In this document: one piece after another, positions 4,712 through 12,171 of the stretch | Layout of the letters: every line of letters begins with the position of its first letter | Numbering within the stretch: the stretch's first letter is position 1 | Virus record (IMG/VR): IMGVR_UViG_3300045391_005622 | Span: 1-14,161 of that record | Strand: one strand, 5' to 3' | Length of the DNA: 14,161 nucleotides | Source: a virus | Notes under the pieces: model-generated | Told to the model about the DNA's origin: nothing | What the model saw: the letters and a program-made list of their open reading frames with translations, nothing else | Databases searched by the model: none | Made by a program: the position numbers and the translations under genes

Positions 4712-6454
4712 ATGACAGTAACAAAAGAAAAATTATTGGACTTGCTGCCACCTTATACGGATGAATGGATCAAGGTGAAGGAGAAACAACAGGTAAAGGA
4801 TATTATAAAATTAATTTGTGAAAGGCATTTGGATTTTTGCAGTGATTACGATCTTATCTGCAGTGCTTTTGTTGGTGCCAGCTTGCAGGATACATGCAAC
4901 AACCTGTACGACTTTTGCGCGAAGAACTTGCATTATAAGGAAGAAAGCGAAGAAGTACAAACAGTTGGTAACCCTGCTTCAATTATTGCCAGGGGTGCCA
5001 CCGGAATTGATTGTAAATCCTACGCTCTTTTCATTGGCGGTTGCCTGGATGCAATACAAAGGGAGACAGGTAAAAAAATCGATTGGCATTACTGTTTTGC
5101 ATCTTACGATCCGATGCAAACAACCCCTTACCATGTGTTTGTTGTTGTTGAAACGGACAAGGGCTTGATGTATGTTGATCCAACGCCTGGCAGCGAAGAC
5201 AAGGAACCGGTATGGATAGTGAATAGGAAAGTGACCGGTCAAAAAATCAAAGGGTTAGTTTTAGGCAATAGGGAAAAGGAAGTGATCAGCGGTGCCAGCG
5301 CAGGCGGCAACGGGTTTTTGATGCCGGCCCCGGCTTGGTACCCTGACTATCTTCCAAAATTTTATAACAATGGTGACGGTTTCAGGCTGTACCCTCTCAA
5401 TGCCGTCCCGAAATATACGCAGGATGATGTTTTGGACGTGTGCTTATACTACCAAACATTGATCGGTTTTAATCGGGTAGACTGGCAAAACGCAAGGTCT
5501 GCAGCCTGGAAGTATACAGACGGCACCGGCGGCGCTGAAATCTGGGTAAAGTCGGCATTGAAAGCTGATGCCAATGGTGATGGCAGCGGGAATTTTGCAC
5601 GGATATCGCCCAACGGGCAATCAATAGACGGTGCATTTTATTCCCAACTGCAGGCCAGGTATATTTTCAGAGAAAAGAGCACAAAGCCCTGGCTATCCTC
5701 AATGCAGGCAAAGGGCGGCGGGATCGATTTAATGACAATACCAATGGCTAATGACGTTGAAGTGCCGCGGCCGTCCTGGTATCCTGCACACCTGCCATCA
5801 TTGTTTTTTTCAGCTGGTAACCCTGGCCAGTACGCGGCCGGTCATTTGGATACAAAGCCGAAAATTAGAAACGGCAAGGCGTCAACGTGGGGGCCATACA
5901 CGGTAACCCCTGCAGATGTGGCTAACTACATGGTATATGCGCAGCCATTGATTTACGCAGGTTCAACACCTTACCCGTTGAACTGGTATATTAATGACGA
6001 TGTAAACGGGGCAATGGCCAGCTATTTTAAAATTACGCTGGGTTTCACAGAGGGGCATACTAATTCGCAAATGCAGGTTAATGTGGGCATCACTGGAAAT
6101 ATTTTGGAACAACCGGTATTAGATGCCAACCCTTACACCAGCGGTTTTACAAGGACGTTAGAAGACATTGTGAGCGCGGCAATAAATTTCTTTGCCGGAA
6201 AGATACCAGGCGGCACAAAGATGGTGCAGGCGGCTTATGCTGCAGGCCAGATAAAAGCCGGCGAATATATTACCGGCGGTGCAATGCCACCAGGTGCATT
6301 TTCTGCAGCGGTTTTCCGTGAAGCTGATGCACTGGTAACACAGATTGCAACGGATCAGAAAAATAAAAAAACTTTTCTTTTTGTCCTGGTGGCAGCTGGC
6401 CTGTTAGGCTGGTATTACCGCAATGACCTGAAGAAAATGGAATTTACTTTATAA
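4712..6454 (+). CDS. Large virion-type protein (580 aa): N-terminal transglutaminase-like Cys-His-Asp domain, duplicated middle domain, C-terminal TM anchor
   Basis: GIDCKSYALFIGGCL (Cys101, codon 5012-5014), PYHVFVVVE (His141, 5132-5134) and LMYVDPT (Asp156, 5177-5179) match the transglutaminase-core pattern G.C..(F/Y)A...H.(W/F).E....G....DPT. The motif P.P.WYP..LP..F occurs twice (aa ~205 and ~352). C-terminus is KKNKKTFLFVLVAAGLLGWYY. Confidence 0.8.
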   Translation: MTVTKEKLLDLLPPYTDEWIKVKEKQQVKDIIKLICERHLDFCSDYDLICSAFVGASLQDTCNNLYDFCAKNLHYKEESEEVQTVGNPASIIARGATGIDCKSYALFIGGCLDAIQRETGKKIDWHYCFASYDPMQTTPYHVFVVVETDKGLMYVDPTPGSEDKEPVWIVNRKVTGQKIKGLVLGNREKEVISGASAGGNGFLMPAPAWYPDYLPKFYNNGDGFRLYPLNAVPKYTQDDVLDVCLYYQTLIGFNRVDWQNARSAAWKYTDGTGGAEIWVKSALKADANGDGSGNFARISPNGQSIDGAFYSQLQARYIFREKSTKPWLSSMQAKGGGIDLMTIPMANDVEVPRPSWYPAHLPSLFFSAGNPGQYAAGHLDTKPKIRNGKASTWGPYTVTPADVANYMVYAQPLIYAGSTPYPLNWYINDDVNGAMASYFKITLGFTEGHTNSQMQVNVGITGNILEQPVLDANPYTSGFTRTLEDIVSAAINFFAGKIPGGTKMVQAAYAAGQIKAGEYITGGAMPPGAFSAAVFREADALVTQIATDQKNKKTFLFVLVAAGLLGWYYRNDLKKMEFTL

Positions 6455-6463
6455 TTTTTATTC

Positions 6464-6472
6464 AATCCAATA
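6464..6472 (+). promoter_or_regulatory. AATCCAATA upstream motif, copy 2
   Basis: 9-mer ending 3 nt upstream of ATG 6476. Confidence 0.4.
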
Positions 6473-6475
6473 TCT

Positions 6476-7222
6476 ATGCAGGACGGCATTCAAACCGGCT
6501 TGATCTACAATGGTGCAGTTGTAAAAGATGCACCAGGTATCAGCCCAATAGATCTGATTTACGATGTTAATGCAAACAGCAGCGATATTGATCTATCGTC
6601 TCCCCTGGTTGTAACAAACCTAACACCCATTACCACGGGCGATCCTCTTGCCCCAACTGAAGCCCCGCCAATTGCGCCAAATGTGATGGCAATCCCTGCA
6701 CCAGCTGAAGACACTAAGAAAAGCCACAAAATACTTTTTGTTGGTGCTGGCCTGGGTGCACTGATGCTGTTATCAAAAGACAGTAAAAAAGCTGCAGGCC
6801 TTGGCAGTATTGGAAAGGGAAAAAAGAAAACGTCTTTACTGCCATTGCTATTGGTAGGCGGTGCAGCTGCACTTTATTATTTCTCAAAAAGCGAAAACGG
6901 TATAGATGATCCGGAAGCGGCCGGGCTGGTAGTTGTACCAGGGCTGGCAAAGCTAACTGAAGTAGAACGCGACGCAGTTTTTGCACGCACTGCAGGCTGG
7001 GTCAATCCGCATGGCGGTTATTACCCTGAAATCTACAGGGACGTGTTATTGCTAGGCCTGCCATTGTACGCTGATATATGGCGCAAGATGAGCCAGGAAG
7101 AGACAACACAAATTTACCAGCTGGTGATCGATCACCCTGCAGGATTGCTGCAGGCTGAAAACCCTCTTTTGTACAGCCAGGTACAGGCCATCAAAGAAAA
7201 ATACAATTTGAAATTTTATTAA
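6476..7222 (+). CDS. Two-pass membrane protein (248 aa)
   Basis: Pro/Ala-rich N-terminal region, helices ILFVGAGLGALMLL and SLLPLLLVGGAAALYYF separated by a basic loop, and a soluble C-terminal domain. Confidence 0.8.
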   Translation: MQDGIQTGLIYNGAVVKDAPGISPIDLIYDVNANSSDIDLSSPLVVTNLTPITTGDPLAPTEAPPIAPNVMAIPAPAEDTKKSHKILFVGAGLGALMLLSKDSKKAAGLGSIGKGKKKTSLLPLLLVGGAAALYYFSKSENGIDDPEAAGLVVVPGLAKLTEVERDAVFARTAGWVNPHGGYYPEIYRDVLLLGLPLYADIWRKMSQEETTQIYQLVIDHPAGLLQAENPLLYSQVQAIKEKYNLKFY

Positions 7223-7231
7223 AATAACTCT

Positions 7232-7825
7232 ATGTCAAACGCACTGAAGGCGATCAACAAAAGGGTAAAAGCCCTGGCCAAAAAGCATCCAAAAAGCAAA
7301 CGTTCTACGCTGCAGAAACAAGCCGGCCGCGAATGGAAAGCCGGCAAGCTGAAAGCCAGGCGCAAAAAAGTTGCAGTGAAAAAAGTTGTACGCAAAAAAC
7401 GTGCAACGGCAAAACGCACGCCCCGCAAAGTTGGCAAGCCCACAACAGTTGTGTACAGCCTGGGTAAGTTGATAAAACGCAAGCGCAGGAAGGCTGCACC
7501 AAAAAAACGCAGCCATACAAGGCGCAAGGTATCCGGTAGCGGTAAGAGTTCATTAACACCATTGTTATTGGTTGGCGGCTTAGGCCTGGCAGCTTACATG
7601 CTGTTTAAAAGTAATGCTGCACCGCAACAACAATTGTATACTACCAACAACCCGCAAAGAGATGCAAGCGCAAACAATATTTTATTGTATGCAACAGCTG
7701 CAGGCATGACAGCAAAAGCAATTGCCGATCTCATCAATGCAATAAATAAAAGCAGTGATGCTGCAGTAATTAACGCGGCGCAAAATCCGCAAACTGCAAT
7801 CGATCAGCTGTTAAGTGGTGATTGA
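7232..7825 (+). CDS. Protamine-like, highly basic DNA-binding candidate fused to a TM anchor (197 aa)
   Basis: I count about 43 Lys/Arg and one acidic residue in the first ~107 residues. These are followed by SLTPLLLVGGLGLAAYMLF and a polar C-terminal tail. Confidence 0.8.
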   Translation: MSNALKAINKRVKALAKKHPKSKRSTLQKQAGREWKAGKLKARRKKVAVKKVVRKKRATAKRTPRKVGKPTTVVYSLGKLIKRKRRKAAPKKRSHTRRKVSGSGKSSLTPLLLVGGLGLAAYMLFKSNAAPQQQLYTTNNPQRDASANNILLYATAAGMTAKAIADLINAINKSSDAAVINAAQNPQTAIDQLLSGD

Positions 7826-7872
7826 TAAGTAAAAAACCAGGTAATAATTCTAAACCATATTACACAACTACA

Positions 7873-7986
7873 ATGGCAAAGACAGTAAAACCAAAAACAC
7901 CGGCAACCGATGCACCTGCAGGCTATGATCACGAAAGCGGCGCACCCAAACCAGTGAAAGACGTTCCTGCAGGTTATGAAGAGTAA
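7873..7986 (+). CDS. Possible mini-ORF (37 aa), not in the supplied track
   Basis: Translated by hand as MAKTVKPKTPATDAPAGYDHESGAPKPVKDVPAGYEE. It fills an otherwise empty 223-bp gap. It contains two PAGY repeats, each encoded across a CCTGCAGG octamer. Confidence 0.3.
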   Translation: MAKTVKPKTPATDAPAGYDHESGAPKPVKDVPAGYEE

Positions 7987-8048
7987 CCGCAAAAAAATCA
8001 GTTAACCCGCTAGCTGCGGACATTTTTAAAAATTCAATATTCAATCAA

Positions 8049-8672
8049 ATGGCTAAAAAGAAAAAGTCACACAAGCGCAGAAAAGTTTCTGGCCTGGGTG
8101 CAATGCTCAATCCAAAAAGCCCATTGGTAAAACTCGCAGCTATTGCCGGCGGTTACCTGATGGCAGACACGATCAACGACAATTTAAAAAAGCTGGTGCC
8201 AGATTCATTGACAAAGCCCACAGCGGCAACGGCAACAACCCCGGCAAAGCCTGCAACCTTATCAGCTGACACACTCGATCAGATTATGATCGCTGGTGAA
8301 GTTGGCCTGGGTGCATTGCTGATGCTGAAGGGCAAACCGTCCCTGGTGAAAGACATTGCCGGCGGCGTGCTTGCTGGTGCAGGTCTGAAACTGGCCCTGG
8401 TATCATTCGATATAATTAAACCTGCAGCGGTTACCGGTTACCAACGTGTACCAGTGATCGGCGGCTATCAAAAAGTACCTGTTATTGGCAACGTGCCAGC
8501 GCAGCTGCAGGGAACAGTAGCCAGCAAGCCAGCGCAGCTGCAGGGCTACCGTGTGAACGGTTACAATAACCAGGGCAGCGGCGCTGTAATGGGTTCATTG
8601 TTTACCACTGCAGACGCGGCCAATGGTACAGGGTCAGGCCTGGCACATGGTAATAGCGGTTATATGAACTAA
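8049..8672 (+). CDS. Membrane-associated structural protein (207 aa) with internal peptide repeats
   Basis: Basic N-terminus MAKKKKSHKRRKVSGLG resembles HTRRKVSGSG of ORF 7232. Has hydrophobic segments. Repeats are GYQRVPVIG/GYQKVPVIG and PAQLQG x2. Confidence 0.8.
   Translation: MAKKKKSHKRRKVSGLGAMLNPKSPLVKLAAIAGGYLMADTINDNLKKLVPDSLTKPTAATATTPAKPATLSADTLDQIMIAGEVGLGALLMLKGKPSLVKDIAGGVLAGAGLKLALVSFDIIKPAAVTGYQRVPVIGGYQKVPVIGNVPAQLQGTVASKPAQLQGYRVNGYNNQGSGAVMGSLFTTADAANGTGSGLAHGNSGYMN
8495..8545 (+). repeat. 18-bp exact direct repeat pair inside the CDS (gccagcgcagctgcaggg at 8495-8512 and 8528-8545)
   Basis: Read directly from the sequence. In-frame with a 33-nt period, and encodes the two PAQLQG copies. 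Confidence 0.85.
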
Positions 8673-8704
8673 CCAGGTCAACAGCCTCGGAATTGCTAAA
8701 GAAA

Positions 8705-8713
8705 AATCCAATA
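8705..8713 (+). promoter_or_regulatory. AATCCAATA upstream motif, copy 3 (extended form GCTAAAGAAAAATCCAATA...CAAAAG)
   Basis: Lies in the 73-nt leader of the capsid candidate. The extended motif is shared with copies at 10912-10940 and 13294-13325. Confidence 0.45.
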
Positions 8714-8745
8714 TCCAAAAGAGCAACCATAAAAACCAATATAAA

Positions 8746-9456
8746 ATGAACAACACAAACAATGTGTCAGCTCGTATGAGTTTTGACATTGCACGCAACG
8801 TACTGTACAAATCCTGGATCGGATCATTCGGCGGCGATTCTAAGGCCTGCTGGGACTGGGTAGACGGCCGCAAACTTTCACAAAGCGAAGTAAGGTGCGA
8901 AGTAAAGCTGAACACCACCAATACAAATTTCACCTTTGGTGTAATACAACAGCAGCCCAACAGCAGCGCTGTTACATTCCCAACTGAACGCAGGCTGGCC
9001 ATGCAGGATAGCTTGATCGTTGCAGAGTATGGAATATTTGTAGGCGTTGCTGCCAGTGACACTGACAGTAACTGGCTTGCGAAGACTTACGGCAACCCCA
9101 ATGTATTTACCACCGCTGGTTCATTTGCAGCCATTGACGGCGGTTTCTACTCGTCTGGTGGCTTCCAGATGACCGTGAACAATGATACAATCATTCCTTA
9201 CCGTGGCTTGCTTAACCATTACTACAGACCGCAAACGCAGCAGATTGCAGCAATTGCAGTTGGTGCAGTAGGTGACCAGCTGCGCGGCGCTGAAGATGGC
9301 ATGATCACACAGGAACCAAATCTTCTGCTGATCGGATCTAAAAATTATGTTCCGCAAATCGTGTTGCCAGCTGCACTTGCTGCAGTTACTCCCAACACAC
9401 GCGCGGTGCTGATTTTCCGTGGCGTTCTTGCACAAAACAGCACTGTTATCAATTAA
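8746..9456 (+). CDS. Major capsid protein candidate (236 aa, beta-rich, jelly-roll-like)
   Basis: No TM segments and an alternating beta-strand pattern. It has the longest leader carrying the conserved motif and is followed by a terminator hairpin. The function is inferred, not recognised by homology. Confidence 0.55.
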   Translation: MNNTNNVSARMSFDIARNVLYKSWIGSFGGDSKACWDWVDGRKLSQSEVRCEVKLNTTNTNFTFGVIQQQPNSSAVTFPTERRLAMQDSLIVAEYGIFVGVAASDTDSNWLAKTYGNPNVFTTAGSFAAIDGGFYSSGGFQMTVNNDTIIPYRGLLNHYYRPQTQQIAAIAVGAVGDQLRGAEDGMITQEPNLLLIGSKNYVPQIVLPAALAAVTPNTRAVLIFRGVLAQNSTVIN

Positions 9457-9489
9457 CAGTAGCGGGATCTGGATCTACATTCTTACATG

Positions 9490-9530
9490 AAAAACCCCGG
9501 CAACCGGTAACACAGCCGGCCCGGGGCTTT
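9490..9530 (+). terminator. Terminator or attenuator hairpin after the capsid candidate
   Basis: A5, then ccccgg (9495-9500) ... ccgggg (9521-9526) with an inner ccgg/ccgg stem, then cttt. Confidence 0.5.
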
Positions 9531-9547
9531 CACAAACTATTAAACCA

Positions 9548-10054
9548 ATGGACAGAATAATATTAGTCGCTGATGAGCCCCGCAATTGCTCTGAACTGGT
9601 AGAAGTGCCAGTGACAACCACAGGGCTTTTTCGGATCAACTTTCCCGATAATCAGCAGCTGCGCTCTATGCGTACACAAGATATCCGTATACAGGGTATA
9701 CGGTTAATCACACCAGACGTGGCCAGCTTTGGCCCGATCACTGGTTACCGCACCGCACCGGTTGCAGAGTTGAAAAAATGTTTCCTGGTGCTGTATTGCG
9801 AAGGATGGGAGAAAGCCCATTACATACCGCTGCAGGTGCTCAATGATACCAATATGCCATCCGGCACAGCTGCACACCGTTACAGTGCAACAAAATTTGG
9901 AAGTTGGCGCAATGTGGATTGGGGTAAGTCTTATATCCTTTACAGCAATGGCACCGGTGGCAGTGATGTTAGCGGCGGCAATTATGAATTTCTTTTTGAT
10001 GTAGAGTACACAAAATTAGACGCTGAAGGCAAGGAGATAATAGGGCCATCTTAA
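9548..10054 (+). CDS. Second beta-rich capsid protein candidate (168 aa; single jelly-roll size, minor capsid or penton)
   Basis: About eight predicted beta segments (LFRINFP, IRIQGIRLI, CFLVLYCEG, HYIPLQVL, SYILY, YEFLFDVEY). No TM segments. Confidence 0.5.
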   Translation: MDRIILVADEPRNCSELVEVPVTTTGLFRINFPDNQQLRSMRTQDIRIQGIRLITPDVASFGPITGYRTAPVAELKKCFLVLYCEGWEKAHYIPLQVLNDTNMPSGTAAHRYSATKFGSWRNVDWGKSYILYSNGTGGSDVSGGNYEFLFDVEYTKLDAEGKEIIGPS

Positions 10055-10105
10055 CCGGCGGCCCCTCTCAAAAAACGCGATATCTAATTTTTTAAAGCAA
10101 TAGTT

Positions 10106-10891
10106 ATGGCTGGGCAATCTGTACAATTTTTTGGTAGAGCGGCCGTGTTAAACGCATACCGGGCCAGGGGCATTGATACCTGGGGGCTTTTTGATAAAAA
10201 GCAATTTATTAACGCTGGCCAGGATGAAAACGATCTATCTGCATTCCTGGAAATGTTAGAACCTGGTGGATCGCAAAGCGTTTACACGTTGAAGGTATAC
10301 CGCGATGTAGATGACATTGATTTATTAACCGATCGCACTGAATGCAATGGATCTTTCAATTTCAAATTGTTTCAGGCAATGGCCCCGGCTTCACTTGCAC
10401 CGGCAACGGTTGGCAATCCTTCACCTGGTGCCAGGTATGCTGATCCGATTTACCAAAAGATACACGGCATAATAGATCAGGAAGTAAGCGCAGCCATTGA
10501 AAAGCGGTTAAGCGGCAAAAGCCAGGATGAAGAGGAAGAGAAAGAACAATCCTGGAATGAAGTTATAATGGGTTATGTCAACAGCCCGGAAAAACTCAAC
10601 GCAGTATTGCCGGTGATACAGTCAACATTGCAGACACTAGGCGCAATTTTTCGCCCTGGTGGCGTTGCACCTGCAGCGGTTGGCATACCAGTAAGCCTGG
10701 CAGGTACGCAGCCAGTGCAAAGGGTAGGGGCTGTACAGCAACCTACCAATGATGAGAAGTTAGCCAGGCTGGCAGCTGCACTGGATAAATGGGAAAGCCT
10801 AGATCCTGATGCACTGACAGTAATTGAAAAAATTGTTGCACTTGCGGAAAACGATCCTGGCAAGTACAAGATGGCAAAGAGTTTTTTATAA
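10106..10891 (+). CDS. Hypothetical protein (261 aa), possible scaffold or assembly factor
   Basis: Globular N-terminal domain, Ala/Pro linkers with the repeated motif APATVGNP / APAAVGIP, an acidic patch SQDEEEEKEQ and a helical C-terminus. No TM segments. Confidence 0.7.
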   Translation: MAGQSVQFFGRAAVLNAYRARGIDTWGLFDKKQFINAGQDENDLSAFLEMLEPGGSQSVYTLKVYRDVDDIDLLTDRTECNGSFNFKLFQAMAPASLAPATVGNPSPGARYADPIYQKIHGIIDQEVSAAIEKRLSGKSQDEEEEKEQSWNEVIMGYVNSPEKLNAVLPVIQSTLQTLGAIFRPGGVAPAAVGIPVSLAGTQPVQRVGAVQQPTNDEKLARLAAALDKWESLDPDALTVIEKIVALAENDPGKYKMAKSFL

Positions 10892-10919
10892 ATGTGTCAC
10901 TCGCCTACATGGCTAAAAA

Positions 10920-10928
10920 AATCCAATA
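10920..10928 (+). promoter_or_regulatory. AATCCAATA upstream motif, copy 4 (GCTAAAAAAATCCAATA...CAAAAG)
   Basis: Ends 18 nt upstream of ATG 10947. Confidence 0.45.
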
Positions 10929-10946
10929 CCCGCAAAAGCCGTTGTT

Positions 10947-11771
10947 ATGATTAAAAAATTAATTGCAGTTGATGAAAAGGGCGAACCGGTAAAAAATGCC
11001 GTGTTCACTTTTACGCAAGTGCAAGCAGATGGCAGCACGGGTATTGTTGCAGTAGCTGATGGCGGGCAAAGTGGCGTGGTATCATTCGACACACAAACCG
11101 ATCCCAATTTATTTTCAAGCGATAACCATATAACAGTAGAGGCGCCAGGTTTTTTAAAAAGTGGCGTGGATGCTGATGTTATTGGTGATGCCTGGCAATT
11201 TACAATGGCCAAAAGTGCTTCAATGGTGCCAGCGTTAACGCTGGGTGCATTGGTGGCAGTGGGTGCCGTTGCCATCTACAGGAAAGGCAATAAAAGTAAA
11301 GTAGGTGCATTTAATGCAAAAGATGATTTATTGCCCTGGGTTGTTCCTGCAGCCGTTGTAGTTGGCGGTTATGCATTATATAAAAAATTCTTTGGCAAAA
11401 GCGAAGAGGACAAAGCACGCGATCAGGCGCTAAGTGATGACATTGCAAATGCACAGCAGGAAGAGCCGGCAAGAATGTTAGACAGTGAGATCGCAGCTAC
11501 TGCAAATGCACTGGTAGAAGATCTGACCTATTCACACCCCTTTGGAGACAGCGATCAGCAATTGGACGCGGCACACCAGCTGACAAAGCCAGGCACACTG
11601 GTAGACCTGTTACGATTAATAAAGCAATACGGAAAACACTATATAACATACTTCGGCATTCCTGCAGGCAGTTTCACATTAGAAGAGACAGTAACCCGCA
11701 AATTAGATCGGGAAATCATTGACGAAATAAACCGCTATTACAGAGCGCAAGGCATCAACTTTCAATTTTAA
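10947..11771 (+). CDS. Two-pass membrane protein (274 aa) with an N-terminal Ig/CarboxypepD_reg-like beta domain
   Basis: N-terminus IAVDEKGEPVKNAVFTF...ITVEAPGF resembles carboxypeptidase-regulatory-like beta-sandwiches (tentative). Helices are ALTLGALVAVGAVAIY and LLPWVVPAAVVVGGYALYKKFF. Has a helical C-terminal domain. Confidence 0.8.
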   Translation: MIKKLIAVDEKGEPVKNAVFTFTQVQADGSTGIVAVADGGQSGVVSFDTQTDPNLFSSDNHITVEAPGFLKSGVDADVIGDAWQFTMAKSASMVPALTLGALVAVGAVAIYRKGNKSKVGAFNAKDDLLPWVVPAAVVVGGYALYKKFFGKSEEDKARDQALSDDIANAQQEEPARMLDSEIAATANALVEDLTYSHPFGDSDQQLDAAHQLTKPGTLVDLLRLIKQYGKHYITYFGIPAGSFTLEETVTRKLDREIIDEINRYYRAQGINFQF

Positions 11772-11775
11772 TTCT

Positions 11776-12156
11776 ATGAACCATTGTGATAATAACGGCT
11801 TACAAGTAAAGTACCTGCAAGGCCGTGGCCAGGTGCAAGTGCCTGCAGAGTCAATGCAGGTGGCCAGGGTTTACAATATGTCCGTGCAGACCTATACAAC
11901 AAGCGCGAATGTATTGGTAGAAAGTAATTGTTTTTCATTCATGTTTACCAACCTGGGAGACACAATAGCCAGGGTAAACGGTATGATCATTTATCCACCG
12001 GCAACACCTGGTGCACAGCTGGGAGACAGCCGATCAATCAGTGCACACGTATTGGATCTGTTTAAAGGAAATATAACTATTGCTTTTGATCCGGGCGGTA
12101 CTGCGCCCCTCGTTGAAGTTGTGCAGCTGTATTACGCTGAACAATACCACCATTAA
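11776..12156 (+). CDS. Small beta-rich structural protein (126 aa), possible vertex or adaptor protein
   Basis: Beta-strand-dominated sequence with no TM segments, located immediately upstream of the spike-like gene. Confidence 0.6.
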   Translation: MNHCDNNGLQVKYLQGRGQVQVPAESMQVARVYNMSVQTYTTSANVLVESNCFSFMFTNLGDTIARVNGMIIYPPATPGAQLGDSRSISAHVLDLFKGNITIAFDPGGTAPLVEVVQLYYAEQYHH

Positions 12157-12171
12157 TAAAAAAATTAATTT

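Noticed and set aside
7532-7552. GSGKSS in ORF 7232 looks like a Walker A / P-loop, which would hint at a packaging ATPase.
   Set aside because: It does not fit GxxxxGK[ST], because the residue five positions before the GK glycine is Lys. It sits between a protamine-like region and a TM helix, with no Walker B or ATPase-sized domain.
7219-7562. Three overlapping minus-strand ORFs (85-102 aa).
   Set aside because: They are antisense to the Lys/Arg-rich part of ORF 7232-7825. AAA/AAG/CGC codons read backwards give Phe/Leu/Ala/Cys-rich artefacts.
8495-8545. Short exact repeats with a spacer, considered as a possible CRISPR or iteron array.
   Set aside because: There are only two copies. They are in-frame inside a CDS and encode the repeated peptide PAQLQG. 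There is no array structure.
10909-10950. 13-aa upstream mini-ORF (MAKKIQYPQKPLL) overlapping the 10947 start by ATGA.
   Set aside because: It is too short to support as a gene, and it coincides with the conserved GCTAAAAAAATCCAATA...CAAAAG leader motif. It could be a regulatory uORF, but I cannot support that from sequence alone.
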